64,000 bases of DNA from Chrysomallon squamiferum (lineage: Eukaryota > Animalia > Mollusca): positions 19,344,001 to 19,408,000 of the forward strand of contig CM022671.1 of NCBI GenBank assembly GCA_012295275.1. Reading direction: 5' to 3'. How positions within the stretch are numbered: the stretch's first letter is position 1; every line of letters begins with the position of its first letter. The position numbers and the translations under genes are program-made. Below are positions 1-11,600 of the stretch, piece by piece. The notes beneath the pieces were generated by a model, which did no database searches, was not told where the DNA came from, and saw only the letters and a list, made by a program, of their open reading frames with translations.

Positions 1-127
1 AAAAAACAAAAAAAAAACGTGTAAAAAAAATTCTTTGAGAAATGTCTTTAAAAAGTGTTTACTAATTATCAAAAAAAACCCAGAACAACTGAAAAAAGAG
101 AAAAAAAATCATAGTAATATTACTAAC

Positions 128-3100
128 AGGCTGGTTGTGTATGACAGTCATGTGAAGAACTGTATTTCCAAAAGAATCCTTCTCATCGGGGTTGGCACCT
201 TTCTCAATAAGATAGTCATAGATCTCTTGATAGTTAAAACATGCAGCAAATGCAAGAGGATATTCTCCATAATATGCATCTCCTACAACACATTACAAAA
301 AAAAAAAAAAAAAAATTAAATAATAATAATAATAATAATAAAAAAGTATTTATGTCTTTTAAGAATGAACCAAACAACAATTACTGTTTTTGAAAAGGAA
401 GAAATGTTTTATATAAGGAGAAAATAAATGTAATGTAATGTAACAAAAGTTCATCAAATTTTTTTTAAATGTTGTACAGAAAGTGAGACATGAAAGTCAC
501 TACCACAGTAAGATGGGGTTTTCTTTTTATGATATCAGGGATTTATTATAATTATGCACCTTCCTATGAAACAGCCTGTGTCACACCACTCTTAACAAGT
601 TCAAATATATTGTGAAAGATTTAACAATGTGGTGATATCAACAAAAGAACTAAGGACTTTTTATATAGATAAGCATCTAAATGTTTTATTTATTTCTAGC
701 ACAAAGTTTATATTAATAACATAACAAATTCTTGAGTATGTACAATGGCTAATATTTTCTCTTACTTTAACTTTTTCACAATAAGAAGTCTTATTTATAA
801 TAATAATAAAATATAATAATGAAGAAATAATTCATTTCTAAATAGGTGTATCCTCAAAGAGGAATTTTTATATCATCTCTGAACAAAATAAAGAGATCAT
901 TTCATTCTCTTTTTTTATCTATTTTATCATTTTGCCAGAGGTATATTTTAAAAAAGAAAAAAAACCCCAAAACACCTAATTTCAGAATTTAACATTTTTA
1001 AACAGATAAATGCAAATAACTGCACTATTCTTAATATTATATTATTCTCTAAATAAATGTGCATGGAAAATCGAAAGACATCGATAATAACAAATTGTTC
1101 TAAATCCACGTCCATTAATCTGGAAAACTAAGTGAGGCCTATGTTTACATAGTAATCAGTTTAACAATTATGAACCATTTACAACAACACTGGTGACTGT
1201 AACCAGTAATGACAAATGAAATTTTCAACTGACAGTGTTGATACAGTTTCTATGGAGACTATCAACAATCACAGCTTTACATTCCTTGGGCACCATAAAG
1301 CATTTGAAAAATGGACAAATTCAGGTATCATTCATGTTGTTCTGACATTTAGTATGGAACAAATCTGGTATTCCAAGCAAACAAAAAGAAACAAATTCAC
1401 AGTAATTATAGCCTAATAAATAAATATGTAAAAAATCTGTACCCAGAAATAAGCATAAGACAAGTTAACAATCTGAAAAACAGTGATAAATCTAGTTTAA
1501 TTAAAACCTTTACATAATATGAAATAATCGTACGTCTCTGAAGGCTTACTGGTAATAAACAATATATTACATTGTTTTGTAATGGTTGTATGCTGAGGTA
1601 TCAGTTCAATTACTGTTTCCATGTTCATGCCAAGTGCATTTACTGAATTTAATTTTAATAATAATGTAGTGGAGTGGACGTTATGACATCAGACATGCAT
1701 TTATCTCCAGGGACTTACTATTCTACTTCTGCAGTAAAGAGAAAACCTATTTATTTTCCAAAATGAATGGGAAAATAATGGAATAATAATAATAATTTAA
1801 AAAAAAAAAAAAAATGGGTGTGTAAAATATAAAAAGTTAGTTGTCTTCTCAAGAAAAACATGTATGTACTTTAAAATTTAACAGATTCAAAATATTATAA
1901 CATCAGCCAAAAACAAAAATCACTTGAAAATAATAATTATATATTTATTGTTTTTATTCAATATATTTCCCATAAGGAAACAAATGTGGGGGTAATTAAT
2001 ATTTTTTAGTTGCTTTTGAATATGAGGGTGGAGATTTAAAGAGAAATATGAGGTGTGAAATCAAAAAGTTTTATGAAAGGTATTATTTTACATTGAATAA
2101 AACTTGATAAAGAGTAAGATGAACATTACCAAAAATATATGAAATTTATTTGTGGGTGAATGACATTAAAATAGTTTAAGAAACCCTGTTGTAAAGAAAG
2201 GTGTCCACTTGATATAAGCAGTTAATTATAGAAAACAAATTGAAGATATTTTGAAGATGTCTAACAACTCAAAACCAACAAGCAACATAAACTCTGTGGT
2301 TATGTAGGCTTATTAGATTATAAATGCAGAAATACTATCAAATAAATACTTTTAATATTATTTATAATAATGAAAAGTGTATAGATTAATTAAATAAGCA
2401 CTTTTTTTATCCTTCATAAATGAAATTTTCTTTTGATCAAGAATATAACAATCTGCATAACTGGTACATTTTGGTAAAATGTCCTTAAATTAATGAATAA
2501 ATATTTGACTAACAATAAAAAAAAGAAAAGAAAAAAAGAAATATTAAAAAAAGAAAAAAGAAAAAAGAAAAAAAAATACCAAAAACCTTTAATGAACATC
2601 TATCTGTACTGACCTTCATAATTGGTGGTTTGGGATTTTCCATTCTTTTGATCATGTGGTAAAAAGAATCGACCAGTGGCTCTTTGATCAACTTTAGCTC
2701 CATTTTTAACTAGTTCTTTCACCATTTCAAAATGGTTAAATACAACAGCAATGTGTAAGGCACTTTCTCCTGCAAATAAATAAGAAAAGAAATCTGACTC
2801 AAAAAAAAATGGACACCTTTAAAAAAATGTACAGTGAAAGGATTTTGAATTAATAGGAATAAACTAATTTTCAATTAAAAAAAGTAAAAATATAAAAACT
2901 AAAAATAATAAAAATCTATCTATATATAGTTTCCATTTGTGCTTAATGCTTTCTAACAAAACCAAAGATATTCATACTTTCAGAACAACTGAAATTTAAA
3001 AAATTACCAAAATATTCTTCTCCTTCATAAACATCCAGTGCCATGTTGGGGTACAACTCTAATAGTAAGCTGGCAACTTTTAGTTTACCAGTAAGAATTG

Positions 3101-3816
3101 CAAGATGAAAAGCTGTTTCCCCAACACCACCACGTTTTTTCAAATTCCAGCAGGCTTCGTGTTCTTTAATCTCATTAAATGGGTTCTTTGAAGAATAATA
3201 TTTCTTAATTTGTCCATCGTTCATTTTTTTCCCTTGATCACCCTAAAAGAAATGAGTAAAAACAAAATTGCAAAAACTTGTAGTTAAAGAACACCTTCAG
3301 ATCAATGTAATATACAGTGGTTAATTTAAAGTTGTGCCATAAATAAAGTAACTGTGTGTGAATTTACAGATATTTACAAGTACACAAAATACATTTTTAA
3401 TTATAAAACAAAATACTATTTTGAAACATTTCATTTGTCAGAATTTTAAAATATTTTGTTTTGGTGTCTAGAAAAAGAAAAATAAGAAATGAAGTATATT
3501 GTATGGATAACAATAAATAAATAAATAAATGAATAAAACTTACTAATTTGATCTTATACCAATCATAGAACTCTTCCTCTGTAATTTTATGAGGCTCATT
3601 CTCCTCTTCTTCATACAGGTACTCTCCTTTTCTCAGCTGTCGTGAGTAAAAATCTTTAGCCTCTTCATTGTCATTTTCTTGTGCAAACATACCCGTACCA
3701 TCCAAACCAACAAGTTTGTACATTGGGTTTTTATCCTGCTCTTCATTCTGTTTTTTCCAAGCAGCATCATTATCTTCATTTTCTGGATTACTACATTGCC
3801 TTAAAATGTTACCCAT
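128..3816 (-). CDS. TRPV channel (Inactive/Nanchung/OSM-9-like), copy A, coding exons 1-4; gene continues beyond the left window edge
   Basis: Exons 3816-3544, 3242-3008, 2769-2614 and 282-128, all GT-AG and in phase. Translation: MGNILRQC...KKQ..NPMYKLVGLDGTG...HEACWNLKKRGGVGETAFHLAIL...YEGEEYFGESALHIAVV...QRATGRFFLP...TNYEGDAYYGEYPLAFAACF...KDSFGNTVLHMTV. These are the ankyrin-repeat motifs typical of invertebrate TRPVs. Confidence 0.93.
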
Positions 3817-5136
3817 CTTTGTTGATTATATTATAACTAATTATGGAACCAATACATCAGTTATATTTCAGGGCATAATGATCTAAAAAATAAAAAAATA
3901 AATAATAATAATAATAATAATAACAGAAAGGACATAATTAAAAGTTATGTTTTTAATACATATAAGTTTGAGCATAATAGATTTCAAACAAGCAAATAAC
4001 AGTTTCAAAATTAAATTAGTTAAACCATTTTGAAATAATTTATAAATAAATACAAAATGTTACACAACCATAATTATCACCTTTCCCCTCCCATAATGTA
4101 ATCCACACTTTTGCTTGTGTTTCGCAAATATGATTTTAACCATAAATTAAAAAGGTTTTGAGTTGCCTTTGACATGTCATATTGTTTTTTTTTTAGCCTT
4201 CTATACATATTTTAATAGAAATTAACAACAAATGAAAATAACTGTTAATAGTTTTACAGTACCATTCCACTGATCATATTAACTAAATAGTACTGATAAA
4301 GTCCTTTGGTTCACATCACTATTTTCATATTAAGTACTTTTGTTACACAGATTTAATTTTATATTTTTATGAGATACTAATACTATGTATCAGTCTTCAT
4401 TTCAAACAGGTTATACTATATTTTATAACATTGTTCAAATTATCAACAAAACGGCCAGTTTAACATGAAATAATCGGAACTCCTCACATGACTAGTTTCA
4501 GGTAGAATGAACTTGGTAATAGCCAGCCTTGCTATTGTCAGAAGGCTAACAAGCAAAAATAAGTTTATTCTGTTTCATTTGACTTTTATATATTTGCATT
4601 AATAGTAAAACAAAAAATAGTAAGTAAAACATGTACCCGATACAAGACAACGCGATGTGGGAAATTTACAGAGATAGTTAATAAGCTATAGAATTCATTT
4701 AAATTTTTGCAACTTTCTTCTGACAGAATACAGAATTTAAAAAAGTTACAGACTGATTATCTTGGGATAAACTACATCAGTTATATTTCCATATGAGAAC
4801 TAACTGGACTGTTTTAGTATCTAGTCGCAACGTGCCGTGTATTCTTGATTTAAAAAAAAATAAAAATAATTTAAATGAATGGTTTTAAAGATTGATTCTT
4901 GACTAATTGTAGCTATTAGAAACAATAAGTAATGAAAAAGGATGTATTCAGAATGAATCGACTCATTTCATGTAATAACGAAGAGGTATTATGAATCGGT
5001 TTCTGAGCACCTGTTCTGATAGACGTGAATACGGCAGACCACATTTGAGGATAGCGTCTGTTAGCAACCATTCACTTTGATTCAGTTTCATTATTATTTA
5101 CGTACATCAACAAACTGTAACTGCGTGTATACATAC

Positions 5137-5300
5137 CTATATAACGCGGGTTTCCTTTCTTCGCTTTAAATATTATCAGCTGAACAACAAAGTAAGGAAA
5201 TTATTACTTTGTAGGTCGTGGGACAAAACATTCCTGCATGCCATTTGCAAAAAAAAATATTTCCGTATAGATCACGTGACTAAGAAGCTAGCCAATCATA
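5137..5300. promoter_or_regulatory. Putative shared (bidirectional) promoter between TRPV-A and LTA4H-1
   Basis: The start codons diverge ~1.9 kb apart (3816 minus, 5691 plus). There is a palindromic E-box TCACGTGA at 5272-5279 and AGCCAATC (CCAAT box) at 5290-5297. A minus-strand AG|GTATGT donor at ~5136 could end a non-coding TRPV first exon, and an acceptor lies just upstream of the TRPV ATG (~3885). Motif evidence only. Confidence 0.35.
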
Positions 5301-5690
5301 CAAAATTACTAACTTATTTTTTTTTTTTTTCAGAGTATTTTCGATTGAAATTATTTTATTTATTTATTTTAAAATATAATTCATTCTTACAATGACACTT
5401 AACATGTTATATGAAAGTTATTCAACCAGAGAGCCTATTCTATTAAATGAAAATGCATCCTTCGATCTTCTCTTCACTCCTTTGTGGCTTTTTATGATTG
5501 TTAGGTGTAAACAGATTATAAACTCCGAATTTAATGTTTTTACTTTCATTATTTTCTGTCATTGGCCAGAAAGAGTGAGTTTGATAAGCATCCTTCATAA
5601 CAGCTTACTGTGATTAACATTCTGATTAAGACATTTTGTCAGGTAGTTGTGGGTGCATTAATCTCATGGGAGGAATTTAAACCAATTCAG

Positions 5691-8600
5691 ATGGCGTCTG
5701 TAGGTACTGTCGATCCTAGTTCATTTTCAGATCCAGAACAATGCGTTGTTATTAAACTACATATCGATTTAGAAATCAACTTTAATAAGAATATTTTGGA
5801 AGGAAGTGCCGAAGTAACGGTTGAGAAGAAAAACAAAGATATTAAAACAGTTGTAAGTGATTTTATCGTACACGAATCATGAAACAGAAACCGAAACAGG
5901 TTTAGCTAACTTGAATAGGGCAAACCATATTTAAGGACAGCGTCTGTTAGCAACCATTCAGTTTCATTATTATTAACGCACATAAACGAAATGTAACTGT
6001 ATACATACCTATATCCCACGGGTTTCCTTTCTTCGTTTATATCAGCTGAACATTAACGTAAGGAAATTATTACTTTGTAGGCTGAGGGACAAAACATTCC
6101 TGCAAGCGATTTGCAAACAAATATTTCCTTATACAAGCTATTGATCACTTGACTAGGAATCTAGGCAATCCTACTAAATTACTAACTACAACGTTTTTAC
6201 AGTATATTTTCGATTGAAACTGTTTTATTTATTTATTTTATAGACAATTCATTCTTACAAAAACAATTAACATGTTCCATGAAAGTTATTCAACCAATGG
6301 GTTTATTAACTAAAAAATCATCCTTTGGTCTTCTCTGCACTTCCTTGTGGCTTTTTATGCTTGTCTGGTGTAAATAGGTTATAAACTCCCCATTTAGAGT
6401 TTTTAAGCTTCATTCTTTCCTAACATTGGCCTGAAACAGTGTGATAAGCATGCTTCATAACAGCTTTGATTAACACCTTAATGTTTAGCTCCTTAAGAAA
6501 TTGTGTCATATAGCTGTGGATGCATTAATGTCTTGGGAGGAATTTTGAAATATTATTCAGATGGATTCAGTAGGTACTGTCAATCGTAGTTCATTTTCAG
6601 ATAAAAACACAATGCATTGTTACTAAATTACACATCAGTTTAGAAATTAACTTTGATAAGAATATTTTGGAAACACTGCTGAAGTAACGGTTGAGAAGAA
6701 AAACAAACATATTAAAACAGTTGTAAGTGATTTTATCATACACGAATCATGAAAAAGAAACTGAAACAGGTTTAGCTAAACCAGGTATAGTTTAAGTAGC
6801 CTAGATGAGAAATAAGATAGATTTCTTTGTGTGTATAACAGAATGTTTACATAACTATAAAGCATCAACATTTGAACCAATAGTTAAATGTCAAAGAAGT
6901 AATTTTTGAACTATATGTACATGTATGTATGGGCATATATATGTGTGTTTATGTCTTTCAGCATAAGTGGTAATAACAAATAATTTATTAAAGTAAAAGA
7001 TGTTGCATCCCAAAAATATAGAAATTTATCTAGTCATCATATGTTGCCACTATTTTTTAGTGATTGCAGGATAAATAGGGAATAATTGGTTACAGTCTTA
7101 AGATTTCAGCAAGGGTTAGAATGCTGTGCAGCAATGTTTTGTCATTGCCATTTGATATGATGGTATCTGGTTATATCTTTTATCCTGCAGTCCTAAATAA
7201 TCCAAAAACTAAATGAAATTAACTTTTATTTTTTTTTTTATCTCATTTCAGTGTTCATGAGATTAGCAGACTGATGCACAGTTATTTCATTGTTGCATAC
7301 AAAAACTATATATCAAAACAAAATAATTCTTAAAGACCAGAAACGAAATACTAAAGAAGTAACTTTGAACAATGTCTGTATGTACACATGCATACACACA
7401 CATACATGTCTATATATAATTTTTTCCTTCAGATTTTGGACAGCAGGAATTTGAAGATTTCTCAAGTTCTTGACAAGGCTACAAAAAATAAACTTGATTA
7501 TAAACTTGAAGAACCAAGAAAGCCTTATGGATCCAAGTTTGAAATAACTTTACCAACAACCAATGAAAACACGTTAGTATTATACTTATCATATAATATA
7601 AAATTTGGAGTCATGGCTGAGAGAATGAAGATGGGGTCAAGCAGCTATTTCTCATTAAAATTGAGAGATAATATAAAAAAACAGTTCTGTTAACTTTGTG
7701 AACAATTATTTTTTTTTATGTCTTAATCCCAAGGTATTAAACATACTGAGAATATTGTTAAATCATTTTTCAGTTATTCCATCTTTCCCCTTCTCTTTGA
7801 TTGTGAATTAAATATGAGTTACCTCTACAATTCTACAGTAAAAATTTTATTAAAAATTATCAGAATTTTAGAATATAAAAATTCCATACTGGTTTGTATT
7901 AAGTATTGTCCTCTTTTCTTTAGAGTGACCATAGTTATTGAGTACAAAACATCAAAGGACAGCACAGCTCTACAATGGCTAAGGAGAGAGCAGACAGCAG
8001 GAAAACGGCAACCATATTTATTCAGCCAGTGTCAGGTAAGATTATCTTTTGTTGTTGTTTGACTTTTTTTTTTTTTTATGTGTTCTTATGTACATACATA
8101 CATACATGTGTACATGGAATTATTTATGTTAAAAAGCAAAATAATGTCAGGTAATTTTAAAAGTAAATTAAAGATTACATTTAGAAAAAGATTTTATGTT
8201 TAATTCAGCAACTATTCTTGAGTATAAACTAATAATAGATTAATTTGTTTAAATGTTATAACAAAATCTGGTGTTTTTATTTTAAGGCTATTCATGCCAG
8301 AAGTATTGTGCCCTGTCAGGATACACCTTACGTGAAATTTCCTTACACAGCCAAGGTAAGGAGAAGTCAGCTATCAATTATAGATATCTGAAATAACCAA
8401 ACCTTTATGCATAACTAAATTCAGTTTTTATTATTTTAATGGTTTATCTAAAATAACATTGTGAGTATACATTATTTAACAATCTTTACACTGTCACTTC
8501 TTTAAATATTCATTCATTTAAATGATTTGCAACAAAGAAAATAAGTTATTGCAAAAAATTAATATTAATATTGAAAAGATAGCTGTGTAAATTAATTATA

Positions 8601-11600
8601 TAAATTATTAACACCTTAGTATTAAAAGGAAATTTGTTTGTATAAATGTTGTTTCAGAAGATCTTGTAATATCTTTACTACTTGGGCTAGGTTACACCCT
8701 AGTACCAAGCCCAATTTTCACATTTCTAAAATTTGTTAATTATAATTTTTGCTGATATTTGGAATAATGACCCCAGTATGCTCTATATTTCAGAAAAATA
8801 TCATAAATGAAATATAACTATGTCAGAGGAACAGATATTAAAATATTTTATATAATACTATTTTGATGCTGTTAATGAATGATCATTTTATTATGTTTAG
8901 GTGACTGCTCCAAGTGAAATAACAGTGCTGATGAGTGCAGTGAGAAAAGAAGTGGTTTCTGGTGAATCAGAGACTGTTTATCATTTTGAGCAGAAGGTAC
9001 CTATTCCTAGTTATCTGATTGCCATTGTGGCTGGAGATATCGAGAGCAGGTATTTGTATACTTACACTTCTGTTTATTTATATCTTTGTGTTTGCTTTTG
9101 TTATCACTGAAATAGATCTATTTTAATATGTTTTAATTTTTGTTTTTTTTTAAACTTAATTTATTATTATTTTTTTGTATTTCTTTCTTATATATTGTTA
9201 AAAAAAGGAAGAAAAAAAGAAGTTTCTTTGGGCAGAGTAGATATTAGTTTTCACTGTATGTGATAAATATAAATGGAACATATTAAACTCTGTATATACT
9301 GTTGATTTGTTACTTTTAAGGACCATTGGACCCCGATCAAAGGTGTGGTCTGAAAAGGAGTTAGTTGATTTGGCAGCATATGAATTTGCTGAGGTAATTA
9401 TTATTGTTGTTTTTATAAGTAACCAGATAATTTCAATAAAAAGTTCATCATTTCTTTGTATGCTAAGGTTTCATAATGTAAATTATCAGTTTGTAATTTG
9501 AAACACCTGACAATTTATTATCCTTATTTAATATTTATTTTCCAAATGTTTTCTTCCATTAATTTCATATAGTGTTATGATTTAAAAAAATTTGGCATGA
9601 TTTCACAAATAAAAATAAAACAAATAATTGGTAAGACAGTTAGTAAAGACAAGTAAGCAGAACATTCTAATTTATCAAAATGAATTCACTTTGGATTTGT
9701 TTGAGATTCTTGATAGAAAGTGTATTGTTTAAATGACATGACCTAGAATTTAATACTTTTTACAGTACAGTATATTGTTAGTACTAACTTTATTAATTTA
9801 GTACAATATGTCAGCTTTAATTAACACCTAGGATTGTTTTATTTTGATTCAATCATTAAAATGAATATCTCTTTCTGTACTTCATCTGTTTTGATGATTC
9901 TATCATTACTGAAATGAATATCTCTTTCTCTGTTTTATCTATTTAATATTTCTGTCATTAATAAAAGGAATATCTTTTGCACCTTTTAATCTATTTTAAT
10001 GATTCTGTTATCAGTAAAAATGCATTTCTTTTGCAATATTTTTTAATGTAACTGTCTAAACTTTTGTACAAATACTTCTTGTTATTTCAGACAGAAGACA
10101 TGATAAAAACTGCAGAGTCTCTACTTGGACCCTATGTATGGGGCAACTATGATCTGCTTGTTTTACCGCCATCTTTTCCGTTTGGTGGAATGGAAAACCC
10201 TTGTTTGACTTTTGTCACACCAACTTTACTGGTATGTTGAACAAGTATCTGGACAAAATAACATTTTATTCATCAAGTAAAACAGGAAACTGATAAAGCA
10301 ATTATTTAAATGTATGGTCCATATAAAAATAAATGTGAAATGTTTAGTCTTTACTATGAAAAAAATTAAATTTCTTCTTTTTTCAATTCCATTATTAGAC
10401 TAAAAATAACACATTATTGAGAAGCAAATGTTGATGTTGTGTTTGAAATCAAAAAATTAAATATAAATTTCTTTGTCAAATCTCATTTTAATTTGGCCAC
10501 TGTTGGTGAAATGTATGTTCAGATTAAATATATATTAATTTATTCACATCTTTAATGATTTTTGTTTTTTCGTCAGGCTGGAGACCGATCCCTTGCTGAT
10601 GTTGTAGCCCATGAAATTTCACATAGCTGGACTGGAAACCTTGTCACCAACAATTCCTGTGAACATTTCTGGTATAAATATACAAGTTTCTATTTACAAA
10701 ACATTTTAAAACATAAATGCTTGAGAAAGTGAAGAAGTCTGGTAAAACTTAGCTTATGCAAAAAGGGTATTCTTAAAGAAAAAAAAAGAAAAAAGAAAAC
10801 ATTACACATACAGTTGAAGGTTGCTTTATCAACACTGTTGGTATATATGGGGAGAGGCATATAATAATTATTTGAATTAGAGATGGAGTATCTTGTTGAT
10901 AGTCGGCATAGTAAAAAAAATATACTTTCTTCAGGTTGAACGAGGGACACACAGTGTTTGTTGAAAGGAAGATTGTTTCAAGGCTGCATGGAGGAGAGCA
11001 GATGAGGCATTTCAAGGCATCAGAAGGGTGGCATGAGCTACAGAATGCAGTGAGTTCAAATGCTACTGTACTTTTGTTTTTTGTTTTCTCTATATTTCAG
11101 TGACAATATAAAGAAAATTTTTTTTCTGAACAGTTGACAGTATATGATCAGTGTATTAATGATTAGGAACTGTTATTGATTTTTTATTTTGTATATAGAT
11201 CAGTGTTTTATTTGTGATTGATACATATTTTATTACTTAACATATCGTATTTTGTGAAGGTGAATACATTGGATAATCCAGAGTTCACTAAACTGATTCC
11301 TAATCTTGAAGGTGTGGATCCTGATGATGCCTTTTCCATTGTTCCTTATGAAAAAGGCTTTGCTCTTCTCTTTTACCTAGAGACTCTTGTAGGAGGACCA
11401 GGTTTGAATAAACAAATACTTTTTTGTTTAAATTAAAATAATACTGTCATGAAACAAGAAAAGATTTACAAAACAAAATAATGTGTAAGACATAATTAGA
11501 ATATTGTGGACATACACCTTTCTTCTAATTAATTAAAATTTTATTAGAGTGATAAACATAAAGCATAATTAAAATATTGTTGTGTTTTTGCCATAACTTA

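Larger units (their letters stand above)
5050..6780 (+). repeat. Older ~0.88-kb tandem duplication of the promoter region plus LTA4H exon 1
   Basis: AGCGTCTGTTAGCAACCATTC occurs at ~5053 and ~5939. Colinear, diverged similarity continues through exon 1 and its GTAAGTGATTTTATC donor (5853 and 6723). Confidence 0.9.

Noticed and set aside
35-319. Plus-strand ORFs overlapping TRPV exons (35..319, 3668..3886, 24471..24704, 28521..28733, 31644..31841, 32150..32413 and their duplicates)
   Set aside because: These are antisense shadows of the minus-strand TRPV exons with no independent coding signal.
3853-4790. 17-nt direct repeat TACATCAGTTATATTTC at ~3853 and ~4774
   Set aside because: This is a single short match with no element structure between the copies, so its significance is unsupported.
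10690-11015. Minus-strand ORFs at 10690-11015 and 43338-43664
   Set aside because: They are antisense to LTA4H intron 8/exon 9, and the frames are not consistently preserved between copies.
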